This document shows, piece by piece, positions 49,361 through 58,770 of a stretch of DNA of 64,000 nucleotides. The DNA is from Longimicrobiales bacterium. GTDB lineage: Bacteria; Gemmatimonadota; Gemmatimonadetes; Longimicrobiales; Gaopeijiaceae. The DNA is taken from the NCBI GenBank assembly GCA_965203485.1, contig OZ241892.1:2624001-2688000 (forward strand), given 5' to 3'. The translations under genes and the position numbers were made by a program. Below the pieces are notes generated by a model, which worked only from the letters and a program-made list of their open reading frames with translations, had not been told where the DNA came from and searched no databases. Position 1 is the stretch's first letter. Each line of letters starts with the position of its first letter.

Positions 49361-49860
49361 ATGGAGATGCGGGAGTGGGTAGAGCGGTTGATGGGCCTGG
49401 GGCCGGAGTGGCGGATCAAGCGCGTGGACGAGGATTCTGAGCACCAGGAAGCGCGGGTGGCGCTGGCGCGCAAGGCTGGTTCGGCGTTGCGGTGCCCGCA
49501 ATGCGGCGGACATGTCCGGGCTACGACGTGCGGCACCGACGTTCGAGTCGCTGGTGATCGGCTGGCTACGCGAGGCGAGCGTGCTTGCGGTGTCGCGGCG
49601 ACTACGCTTGAGCTGGACGGCGGTCGCCGGGATCATGGAGCGCGCGCGGTGCGCCGGCGGCTGAGCGTGGACCGGACGTTCAGCGCGGCCACAAGTACGT
49701 GACGGTGGTGTCGGACTCGGAGACGCAGGATTGCTGCACGTGGCGCCGGGCCGCGGACGCGAAGCGCTGGAGGCGTTCTACCGGCGCATGGGCGAGCGGC
49801 CGCTGGCCGTAGCGGTCCGCACATTCGGGATGCCCCGGCCCGCCGGGGCACTAGCTTCAA
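49361..49860 (+). mobile_element. ISL3-family transposase remnant (multiple frameshifts/deletions)
   Basis: LMGLGPEWRI..CPQCG zinc finger; fragments FESLVIGWL, SWTAVAGIMERAVRR, HKYVTVVSD, GRGREALEAFY in different frames. Confidence 0.7.
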
Positions 49861-49921
49861 CGTCGGCACCAAACGGCGCTTGCGCGTAGACTACGCTCGG
49901 CCAGAAGACGATGCCGCGACG

Positions 49922-51130
49922 ATGCAACCCTACTCGGAATCCACATTGAGGACGATGGCGTCGGCCTTGGAGTCCGAGTTGGTCGAACGCAAGGAGTCGT
50001 TGCAAGGCGATGCGCCCAAGGCGATTCGTCAGGCAGTTTGCGCCTTTGCCAACGATCTGCCCGGCCACCGGCAGGCCGGCGTGGTCTACGTCGGCCTGAA
50101 GGACGACGGCCGACCGACTGGACTAGCGGTCACCGACGACTTGCTGAGGCAACTGGCCGACATCAAGACGGACGGCAACATCGTGCCCTTGCCGACGCTT
50201 TCGGTGGGCCGGCTGACAATATCCGGAAACGATGTGGCCGTCGTCACCGTTCAGCCGTCGCATTCGCCGCCCGTGCGGTTCCGCGGCGCCATCTGGATCC
50301 GCACTGGGCCGCGCCGCGCGATTGCGTCCGCCCAGGACGAGCAAATCCTCAACGAGAAGCGGCGTCATGGCGACGCTCCCTTCGACGTGTATCCCGTGTC
50401 CACAGCCCGTCTTGCCGACCTCGATGCCCGCAGGTTCGAGGAGGAGTATCTTCCAGGCGCGGTCGAACGCTCGGTCCTGGCGGCCAACGACCGAAGCCTG
50501 AAGGAGCGTTTCGCCGCAGCAAAGATGACGGTCTCGACGGACGACCCGAGGCCGACCGTGCTGGGTTGCCTCGTATTGGGCATCCGCCCGCAAGACTTCA
50601 TTCCGGGAGCGTATGTCCAGTTTCTCCGTATCGCCGGTACCGAACTGAGCGATTCGGTCGTGGACGAGACTCGTTGCGACGGGCCGGTCTCGCAAATGAT
50701 CCGTTGCCTGATGGACAAGCTCGCCGCACACAATCGCACCTGCGTGGACATTACGTCCGCGTGGACAGAACGGCGGAAACCGGCGTATCCGATGCCGGCG
50801 TTGCAGCAACTCGCGCTCAATGCCGTCATGCATCGCGCCTACGAGAACACGAATGCTCCCGTGCGAATCTGCTGGTTCGACGACAGAATCGAGTTCAACA
50901 GTCCAGGCGGCCCTTACGGCGTCGTGACGGCGGAAACCTTCGGACAGCCTGGCGCGGTCGACTATCGCAATCCGAATTTGGCCGAAGCCATGGGCGTGAT
51001 GGGTTGGGTGCAACGGTACGGCGTCGGCCTCGGAATCGCTCGTCGGAGCTTGGCCGACAACGGACAGTCGGCACCGATTTTTCGCGTTGACCGCAACTGG
51101 GTGTTCTGCACGGTGAGGGCGAAATCATGA
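49922..51130 (+). CDS. AlbA_2 (Schlafen-like) + HATPase_c_4 domain protein
   Basis: ESELVERKES, CAFAND, YVGLKDDG, NAVMHRAY, DDRIEFNSPGG, YRNP.LAE..G.G. Confidence 0.88.
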   Translation: MQPYSESTLRTMASALESELVERKESLQGDAPKAIRQAVCAFANDLPGHRQAGVVYVGLKDDGRPTGLAVTDDLLRQLADIKTDGNIVPLPTLSVGRLTISGNDVAVVTVQPSHSPPVRFRGAIWIRTGPRRAIASAQDEQILNEKRRHGDAPFDVYPVSTARLADLDARRFEEEYLPGAVERSVLAANDRSLKERFAAAKMTVSTDDPRPTVLGCLVLGIRPQDFIPGAYVQFLRIAGTELSDSVVDETRCDGPVSQMIRCLMDKLAAHNRTCVDITSAWTERRKPAYPMPALQQLALNAVMHRAYENTNAPVRICWFDDRIEFNSPGGPYGVVTAETFGQPGAVDYRNPNLAEAMGVMGWVQRYGVGLGIARRSLADNGQSAPIFRVDRNWVFCTVRAKS

Positions 51131-52164
51131 ACGCCAAGACAATCACGTTCTTCAACAACAAGAGCGGAGTCGGCAAGACGTCCTTGATTTACCACGTCGC
51201 ATGGATGCTGGCCGAACTGAACCACGATGTCCTCGCGGTCGACTTGGATCCGCAGGCCAACCTAACGGCCGCATTCTTGACTGCGGACATCCTTGAGCGT
51301 TTGTGGCAAGAAACAGAACCACCCAAAGCCGACACCATGTACGAGTGCGTGTCGCCATTGATGAAAGTCGGCGATATCCAGTCGCCCACGGTTCGCAAGA
51401 TTGCCGATCACCTTTACTTGCTTCCGGGGGACTTGGCGCTCTCCAGCTTTGAAGACCTATTGTCGAATGAATGGCCCAACTGCCTAGCCAGCGATCCGCG
51501 CTCCCAGTACCGAGCGTTTCGCGTTACGACGGCGTTTTGGCAAGTGATCAGGACGAGTCTGAGTCAATGTCACGCTGATACTGTGCTGATCGACGTGGGG
51601 CCAAGCCTCGGTGCCATCAACCGGTCCGCGTTGATTGCCACCGACTGCGTAGTGGTCCCCCTCGGAGCCGATCTCTTCTCGAGGCAGGGACTGAGGAACC
51701 TTGGGCCCACTCTGCGCCGGTGGCGACGGGACTGGCAAACCAGACTGGAACACTGCGACAGCCCGGATTTTGCATTGCCGGACGGGCGCATGAAGCCCAT
51801 TGGCTACCTCGTCCAACAGCATGGAGTGCGGCTCAGTCGCCCGGTCAAAGCCTACGACCGTTGGGCGAACCAGATGCCGGCCGAATACGCCCGTCATGTG
51901 ATGGACGAGAAGACGACGGCGGCCGACGCCCCGGCGGCCGACGAGCACTGCATCGCGACCATCAAGCACTACCGCAGCCTCGTGCCGTTGAGCCAGGACG
52001 CCAGAAAGCCGATCTTCTTGCTGCGGCCTGCGGACGGCGCCATCGGAAGCCACGCCGTGGCCGCCAACCAGGCATACGACGACTTTAGGGTGCTGGCGAA
52101 AGCGTTGTTGCGGCGCAGTGATCTTGTGCGTGACTTGGGGGAGCCGCACGGAGACATGACATGA
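51127..52164 (+). CDS. ParA/Soj-family ATPase
   Basis: FFNNKSGVGKTS, DLDPQANLT, IDVGPSLGAINR. ATGA overlap with the upstream gene. Confidence 0.88.
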   Translation: MNAKTITFFNNKSGVGKTSLIYHVAWMLAELNHDVLAVDLDPQANLTAAFLTADILERLWQETEPPKADTMYECVSPLMKVGDIQSPTVRKIADHLYLLPGDLALSSFEDLLSNEWPNCLASDPRSQYRAFRVTTAFWQVIRTSLSQCHADTVLIDVGPSLGAINRSALIATDCVVVPLGADLFSRQGLRNLGPTLRRWRRDWQTRLEHCDSPDFALPDGRMKPIGYLVQQHGVRLSRPVKAYDRWANQMPAEYARHVMDEKTTAADAPAADEHCIATIKHYRSLVPLSQDARKPIFLLRPADGAIGSHAVAANQAYDDFRVLAKALLRRSDLVRDLGEPHGDMT

Positions 52165-52257
52165 CGAGCACATCCCGGATGACGGCCTTGCTGGCCTCCT
52201 TGTTCGCGTTGCATCCCGATCTCCGATCCCGAACACGTGGGCCGTCGCCAAACTCCG

Positions 52258-55215
52258 CTAACGCGCGGCGGCCCCGCTCTCCCCGTCGGCTTGGCGGCGT
52301 AGGGCCGCCAGTGCCGCCTTGTTGTTTCCGTGGACGGACGGTTCCCTGCACCAGAGATCGCGCAGGTTGGCCACCATGTCGTCGGCCCATGGCGGCAGAG
52401 CCAACATTCGCACCACCGCTCGATCGATCTCCGCACGGACCGGATCGGCATGGGCTTGGCACAGAGGCCGCAACAACTTCGTCTTGATCTTGTCGAACTC
52501 TCCCGCGGCACCGTCCAGCGTCGGGGCGTCCAAGCGATCAAGCAAGGGCACGGGTATCCGTCTGAGCGCACGGACTTGCGTCGTGGATCGCCCCGCGTGA
52601 GTCCTCTGGCCCACGGACCAGTGAAGCAGACTGCCCAGCGTGGAGTTCGCCCAAAGCGCGAACGCCTTGAGAACCCGCTCGTCGTCATGCCTCAACGCTG
52701 TCCACGAGCGCCCGCCCATCACCGGCATCTGGGTCGTGGCCGCCACCAAGGACTGCGACGTCCATCTCAGGTTGCGGGCGTAGAACAGCGTGCCGGCCCG
52801 GCCGCGCATTCGGTCCTGGTCCCTGCCCGTCAACGCCTTCGGCACGATTCCCTTGTGCGTGGGTCGCACTTCCATCCGCCGTTGCTTCTTCGAGTCGGCC
52901 ATCCACAACGCTCGATCGCCGACGAGCGACGCTCCCGGCGGCAACGGATGGAACTCGAAGGCGCCGCGTCCGTCTCCGCCGACGGGATATCCGATCAAGT
53001 CGTGCGTCGGCCCGATCTCGAACAGGTCCCCCAAGCGTCCAAAGGCCACGCTCGAGGCCACGCTCTCCGGGGCGCCGAATTGGCCGAAGCGACCGTGGCT
53101 CAGAGCATTCGAGAACTCGGCCAAGGCCGCCGACATGGCGCCGACCGGAGTCCATGGCTTGCCCGATCCGTCGGCTTCGAACGCGACTACTCTGCCGACT
53201 TCTTCGTCGCCTACGCGGACGGGAATGTGGCCGGTGCCCATATCCTCGACGGCACGGCCCACGGCCCGAGCGATCTCGTGGGCCTGTCCGGCATCGCGCA
53301 ACGGTTCGTACAAGGTGACGCACCGAACGACGGCAACCCCCGATGCCGCCGACGCCCGCTTCGTGGCCACAAGCATCATTTCTTCCATGCCCGTGTCCGC
53401 CGAGACAGCCTCTCTTCGCAGCGCGCGACCGGCCGAAAAAGCAATCGCCACAACATCGCTGTACCGGGTCTCGACAAGCTTCCGCGTCATGGTCCAGCTG
53501 TCGGCAAAGGCCGCCGTCAGCGGAAGCACGAAACCCAGGCGTCCACCGGGCCTGAGCTTTTGGTCGGCCAGCGCCAGGAAGGAAGCGGCCATCCCTGCCT
53601 GATTGTTCGACTTGCCGCGTGTCAGCGCTTGCCACCGGCGCTGGCACGCTTTCCGCTCCTCGTCGCTCATGCCGGCAACGTCGAAGGCGCTCTGGCCGCC
53701 TCGGGTACGCGAATACGGCGGATTCATGAGCGCCCAGCAAAGAGAGTCGTCGCCGACGTAGACCGAGCTCGGGCGCTCTTCCTCGATTCCGGCCGACTTC
53801 TCTCCCGCCGTGCCGAAGAGGTCGTCCATCTCCTCCGCCTCGAAGTACTCCAACGCACCGGCCTTGGCAGGCGTTCCGCCAACCCTGACCCATCCGACGT
53901 GAGTCGCGCCGTAGGGATTGCCGTCGCCCAGCGCGGCCAGCGAAGAGGCCGTCAGGTGGGCGGCGATGGGGCTGATGTCGGTACCGTAGATGCCAGTCTC
54001 CATGGCCGCCTTGTGAAGTCGCACCACGGAATCGGGCGTCGCGTCGCCCGAACGCTGGTGAAACGCCGCGATCCTTCTGTAACCGGCCCGCAGAAGCGTG
54101 CCCGTGCCGCAGGCCAAGTCGGCGAGCTTCGCGCGGTTCCACAGTTCGGGATCGCCCCAAGAGACACCGGACGGCAACGAGTCCTTCGCCACGGTCATGG
54201 CCGCCAGGAATTCGGCGGCGGGAGGTTGCGTGTAGTAGGCAGCCGCGGTCTTCCGGTCGTCGCTCAGCTTTGGAAAGAGCTCCGCGCCGACGTTGATGTG
54301 CGCTCCTAGCCTGCGGGCCTTGATTCTCTGAACAGCCTCCAACAAGCAACGGAGCGCCTGCGACGTCGCTCGAGAATTGACCGCTTCGGCCCTTGTCATG
54401 ACCTTCTTCGCGGGTTCGAATACCGATCGCCAGTTCCGACTCAATATGCCCCGCCATGCCTCGACGAAATCGTAGGGCAAAGGATACCCTGCTTCGTCGC
54501 AGCAATCGATTGGCGCGGGCACGTCTCCGTGGCGCTCGTGAAGCCTGGCTTGCGTCAACAATGCATTGAGCCAGAGCACCATGGTCGTGGCAAAGCCGGT
54601 CAGCACCGTTCGCTGGTCCACTTCGGCAACCAGTCGTTCTCTTTGCGACGGCTCGCTGAGGCGATGGAGCCGGGCCGCCGCCCATTGCACCCGTTGCGCG
54701 ACGTAGTCCGCTGTTTCGTCGACGACCTCTTTCGGCGAGGCCACCAGCGGCAGGAGGTCGACGAGATCGACGCCGGCGCCCGTCGCGAATCCACGCTTCG
54801 GCCATCGTCGCGACGTGCCTTCGCCCGTTCGCTGGTGCACGGCGTAAGCAAGTTCCGTCCCTTCTTCAAGCTCTCGCGCAATGCGCGACCTCGACCATTT
54901 TCGGCAGGACTCGGGAATGCGAACTGCGACCGCGGTTTCGATCTGCATTCCATCGGACGCCGTCTCCAAACCGAGGCGGGCCGAGGCGTCCCGGTCCGCG
55001 TCCCGACCGTCGAACGAGGCTTCGATCGCTACCGGCCACATTTCCGGGTCCGCAACAAGAATGTCGGGATGCTTGCCCGGCGCCCCTGCTATCGTCCGCG
55101 TCCGCTCCACCTGAACGCAGTCCGGCGATTCGCGCCACCTCACGACGGACCGTCGCAACGCCGTGCCGAGCGCTTCGTTGAAGGAGGGCTCGGTGGTCAA
55201 CCCCCGGTGCGACAT
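52258..55215 (-). CDS. Type IIG-like fused restriction endonuclease / N6-adenine methyltransferase
   Basis: N-terminal HPDILV..VAIEASF, then AYYTQP, DLACGTGTLL, MNPPY, GFVLP; C-terminal TRD-like LWANSTLG. Confidence 0.85.
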   Translation of the reverse strand: MSHRGLTTEPSFNEALGTALRRSVVRWRESPDCVQVERTRTIAGAPGKHPDILVADPEMWPVAIEASFDGRDADRDASARLGLETASDGMQIETAVAVRIPESCRKWSRSRIARELEEGTELAYAVHQRTGEGTSRRWPKRGFATGAGVDLVDLLPLVASPKEVVDETADYVAQRVQWAAARLHRLSEPSQRERLVAEVDQRTVLTGFATTMVLWLNALLTQARLHERHGDVPAPIDCCDEAGYPLPYDFVEAWRGILSRNWRSVFEPAKKVMTRAEAVNSRATSQALRCLLEAVQRIKARRLGAHINVGAELFPKLSDDRKTAAAYYTQPPAAEFLAAMTVAKDSLPSGVSWGDPELWNRAKLADLACGTGTLLRAGYRRIAAFHQRSGDATPDSVVRLHKAAMETGIYGTDISPIAAHLTASSLAALGDGNPYGATHVGWVRVGGTPAKAGALEYFEAEEMDDLFGTAGEKSAGIEEERPSSVYVGDDSLCWALMNPPYSRTRGGQSAFDVAGMSDEERKACQRRWQALTRGKSNNQAGMAASFLALADQKLRPGGRLGFVLPLTAAFADSWTMTRKLVETRYSDVVAIAFSAGRALRREAVSADTGMEEMMLVATKRASAASGVAVVRCVTLYEPLRDAGQAHEIARAVGRAVEDMGTGHIPVRVGDEEVGRVVAFEADGSGKPWTPVGAMSAALAEFSNALSHGRFGQFGAPESVASSVAFGRLGDLFEIGPTHDLIGYPVGGDGRGAFEFHPLPPGASLVGDRALWMADSKKQRRMEVRPTHKGIVPKALTGRDQDRMRGRAGTLFYARNLRWTSQSLVAATTQMPVMGGRSWTALRHDDERVLKAFALWANSTLGSLLHWSVGQRTHAGRSTTQVRALRRIPVPLLDRLDAPTLDGAAGEFDKIKTKLLRPLCQAHADPVRAEIDRAVVRMLALPPWADDMVANLRDLWCREPSVHGNNKAALAALRRQADGESGAAAR

Positions 55216-55324
55216 GGCCTGCCGTTCCTCCGAGCGACGGCATCGCTCGCGATGTGGGCGATGGACGAGCCAACGGACGCCGGCTGGCTCGCAGAGAGGT
55301 GAACGTCGGATGTCCGGCCTGGCT

Positions 55325-58300
55325 TCACCCGCCCCTCCGCACCCTGCGGCCCGGCGTCCAGGGCGCTCCCACGTCGTCCAGCGCCTGCCGGAAGTCCGCC
55401 ATCGCGGCCAGCAACGCGTCAAGCGTCTCAAGATGCTCGTCCAAGAGAGGCGCCGTCCGCTCCAGCACGGCACGTTCGTGCTGGGTGGCAGGCGCGAACG
55501 CTTGGTGCAGTCCGTTGGCCTCCGAGAGTTGCCGCAATAGTGGGACGGGACCGTCGTCGCCGCCTCCGCCGCCGCCGAAGCCGCCCTGTCCGCTGCGACC
55601 CCGCAAGGCTTCGAGCAGGCTGTCGACGCGTTCCGCCAAGGAATCGGCGCGCGCTTCCAAGCCGGACCGGTCCCCAACATCCCCGCGATCGCTTCTGGCC
55701 GCGCGTTCCAGGGCTCGGCCCACGCCCTCCAGCTCCTCCTCGATCTCCTCCGCCTGCCGCACCGCGATCCGGGCCGTCGCCGACAAGTCCCGGTGCGTCG
55801 CGCGCAACCGCTGCAGCTCGGCCAGGTCTACCGCCGTCATCTCGATCAGATCGTCCTGCTCAACGGCGAACGAGCGCTCCACGACGACCGGATCCCCCTC
55901 GCCGTCCGAGGGCTCGATCATCAGACGCGCCGTGTACCGCCCAGGCAACGTCGGCACGCCCGCGCCGAACCCGAAGCCTCCGCCGGCACCGCCAAAGCCA
56001 CCGCCCCCTTGGCCACTTCCGCTTCGCCGGGGCGGGCCGGACCATGGCGCGTCAAGCCGCAGGTCCCATCGCGCGCTCCGCAGCCCCGCGGCCGCCGTCG
56101 CCCTGAGCACGCGCACCACGTCGCCGTGCTCGTCCACGATCTCGATCGACGCGTCGCCCTCCATCCTCTCCGGCAAGTAGTACCACACCGTCGCCCCGTA
56201 GGGAGGATTGTCCGCCGCATAGTTGCGGTCCGCGTGCGTGCCGGTCGTGGGCGCGGTGTTCACGACGTAGGCAAGCGCGTCCCGCACTGGAAACACATAG
56301 GGCCCGCCCGCGGCCTTGGCCTCGGCCAGCATGACGAGCGGCGTCAGGTCGTCGATCACGAAGAAGCCGCGTCCGTGCGTGGCCACGACCAAGGCGTTGT
56401 CGCGGGGATGTACCTTGATGTCGTGCACCGGCGACGGCGGGATGCCGTTCTTCAGAGGCGTCCAGGACTCGCCGCCGTCGAGCGACACGAAGGGGCGTAT
56501 TTCGGTGCCCACGAAGAGCACGTCGGGGTTCTCGTGGTGCTCGGCGAACGCGCGCACGTTGCCGAACTCGGGCAGGTCGCCCGCTATGGAACGCCATGTT
56601 CGCCCTTCGTCCTCGCTCTTCAGCACGTAGGGCCGAAAGTCGTTGCTGCGGTGGCCGTCCAGCGTCGCGTACAAGGTCGTCTCGTCGTGCAGCGACCAGC
56701 GCACCTTGCTCACGTAAGTGGTGTCGGGGACGCCGGGGAAGTCGGTCTGCTTGCGCCATGTCCGGCCGTCGTCGGCGCTGACCGCGATCATGCCGTCGTC
56801 GGAACCGGTGGCGATGACGCCGGGCCGGAGGCTGGACACGTGCATGGTCGAGATGTTGGAGAACACGGCCGTGCCTTGGTGGCGCGACACTGCGTTGTCG
56901 GCGGGAACGGAGCCCATCATGGGCAGGCTGTCGCGATCGATCTCGCGCGTCAGGTCGTCGCCCAGCGCTTCCCAGCTGTTGCCCTGGTCCGTGCTCTTGA
57001 ACACGTGGTTGCCGGCGAAGTACACGGTGGACGGGTCGTGAGGCGAAATCTGGATCGGCGAACTCCAGTTGAAGCGGTACGCGTCCTCGCCGGGCGCGGG
57101 CCGCGGCCGGATCGACTTGCGCTCGCCCGTTCGGCCGTTGAAGCGCAACAGGTTTCCGTTCTGGGATTCGACGTAGGCCACGTTGTGGTCGCGGGGATCG
57201 ATGGCCGCGAAGAAGCCGTCGCCGCCCGCCATGCGGTACCAGTCGGCGTTGCCGATGCCCATGGAGTTGCGGGTGCGGCTCGGCCCGCCCCACGTCGAGT
57301 TGTCCTGCAGGCCGCCGTAGATGCCGAAGAACGGCTCCTGCATGTCCATGCCCACCGCGTAGAACTGGCTGATGGGCAGGTTCGGCGAGAAGTCCCAGGT
57401 CTCGCCCCGGTCGTGCGACACGTAGAAGCCGCCGTCGTTGCCCAGCAGGATATGCGAGGAATTGTCCGGGTTGATCCACATCGAGTGATGGTCCACGTGC
57501 ACGGAACGGGCGATCCGCGTCCAGGTCTCGCCACCGTCCTCGGAACGCTGCAGCGGCACGCCGAGGTGATACACCACTTCGGGATCGTTGGGATCGACTC
57601 GGATCTGGCCGAAATACCAGGGAATCGAGGCGATGTCGCTCGTCTTGCGCCAATTGGCGCCGCTGTCGTCGGTGCGGTAGACGCCCTGCTCGGAGCCTTC
57701 GACCACCGCGTACAGCGTGGCCGGCCTGACGTGGCTGATGTCCAATCCAATCCGTCCCATGTCGGACGTTGGCAGGCCATTGGACAGCTTCGTCCAAGTG
57801 GCGCCCGCGTCAGTGGTCTTGTAAATGCCGCTGCCGGGGCCTCCGCCGACATAGCTGTAGGCCCGGCGCTCCCGTTGCAACGCCGAGGCGTAGAGCACCT
57901 TGGAATTTCTGGGATGCATCACGAGATCGGTCACGCCCGTGTGCTGGTCGATGGTCAGGACGGCCTCCCAGGTCTCGCCGCCGTCGGTGGTCTTGAAGAC
58001 GCCCCGCTCGCCTCCGGCGCCCCAGAGAGGACCAACGGCCGCGACGTACACCGTGTTCGGGTCGTCGGGGCTGACGACGATCCGTCCGACGTGCTGCGAC
58101 GTTCGAAGCCCCATGTGGCGGAATGTGGCGCCGCCGTCCTCCGACTTGTACACGCCGTCCCCGTAGGACGAGCTGCGCATGTTGTTCGGCTCGCCGGTCC
58201 CGACCCAGACGATGTTCGGATCGGACGGCGCCAACGTCACGTCGCCGATGGACCCGACGCCGGCGTCGTCGAAGACCGGCTCCCAGGCGACGCCCCCGCT

Positions 58301-58657
58301 CGTGGACTTCCACACCCCGCCGGTCGCGGCTGCGATGTAGACGATCTGCCCGGGCTGGATTTCCTCGGCAAGCAGGCGCCTCTGGCTGAAGTCGTATGCG
58401 GACCAGTTGGGCATGGCGACCGCGATGTCCACCACGCGGCCGCTCATGACGGCGGGCCCAAGGGAACGGGCCGCGACCCGGCCCACGAGGGCTTCTTCCG
58501 ATGCGTTGGAAGCGGCCGAGCCCTGCGCGGATGCGCCGCTTCGTTGGGCGTCGAGGGATGCGGTCGTGGCGACGACCGATGCGACTGCAAGGGCAAGCGC
58601 ACCGGAAGGCCGGCGGGAGAGGGCTGTGGCGAAGAACGAACGGAAGCGAATGCGCAT
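55325..58657 (-). CDS. VPS10/sortilin-like BNR-repeat exported protein (glycosyl hydrolase-like)
   Basis: GPAVMSGRV, repeated S/T-x-D-x-G-x-T/S-W Asp boxes, GGLQDNSTW, ATHGRG. Confidence 0.9.
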   Translation of the reverse strand: MRIRFRSFFATALSRRPSGALALAVASVVATTASLDAQRSGASAQGSAASNASEEALVGRVAARSLGPAVMSGRVVDIAVAMPNWSAYDFSQRRLLAEEIQPGQIVYIAAATGGVWKSTSGGVAWEPVFDDAGVGSIGDVTLAPSDPNIVWVGTGEPNNMRSSSYGDGVYKSEDGGATFRHMGLRTSQHVGRIVVSPDDPNTVYVAAVGPLWGAGGERGVFKTTDGGETWEAVLTIDQHTGVTDLVMHPRNSKVLYASALQRERRAYSYVGGGPGSGIYKTTDAGATWTKLSNGLPTSDMGRIGLDISHVRPATLYAVVEGSEQGVYRTDDSGANWRKTSDIASIPWYFGQIRVDPNDPEVVYHLGVPLQRSEDGGETWTRIARSVHVDHHSMWINPDNSSHILLGNDGGFYVSHDRGETWDFSPNLPISQFYAVGMDMQEPFFGIYGGLQDNSTWGGPSRTRNSMGIGNADWYRMAGGDGFFAAIDPRDHNVAYVESQNGNLLRFNGRTGERKSIRPRPAPGEDAYRFNWSSPIQISPHDPSTVYFAGNHVFKSTDQGNSWEALGDDLTREIDRDSLPMMGSVPADNAVSRHQGTAVFSNISTMHVSSLRPGVIATGSDDGMIAVSADDGRTWRKQTDFPGVPDTTYVSKVRWSLHDETTLYATLDGHRSNDFRPYVLKSEDEGRTWRSIAGDLPEFGNVRAFAEHHENPDVLFVGTEIRPFVSLDGGESWTPLKNGIPPSPVHDIKVHPRDNALVVATHGRGFFVIDDLTPLVMLAEAKAAGGPYVFPVRDALAYVVNTAPTTGTHADRNYAADNPPYGATVWYYLPERMEGDASIEIVDEHGDVVRVLRATAAAGLRSARWDLRLDAPWSGPPRRSGSGQGGGGFGGAGGGFGFGAGVPTLPGRYTARLMIEPSDGEGDPVVVERSFAVEQDDLIEMTAVDLAELQRLRATHRDLSATARIAVRQAEEIEEELEGVGRALERAARSDRGDVGDRSGLEARADSLAERVDSLLEALRGRSGQGGFGGGGGGDDGPVPLLRQLSEANGLHQAFAPATQHERAVLERTAPLLDEHLETLDALLAAMADFRQALDDVGAPWTPGRRVRRGG

Positions 58658-58770
58658 GGCGTGCTCGGGCATGGAAATGGCCTGTTGGGTCGGGTCTTCG
58701 GAGGGAGATGGATGCCGGCGCGACGGAGAGTGCGTTCGCAGAATCGGCAGGGGCATTGGGAGTCGCTTCC

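Noticed and set aside
51127..52164. Plasmid or chromosome partition locus
   Set aside because: No parB, parS or rep gene visible.
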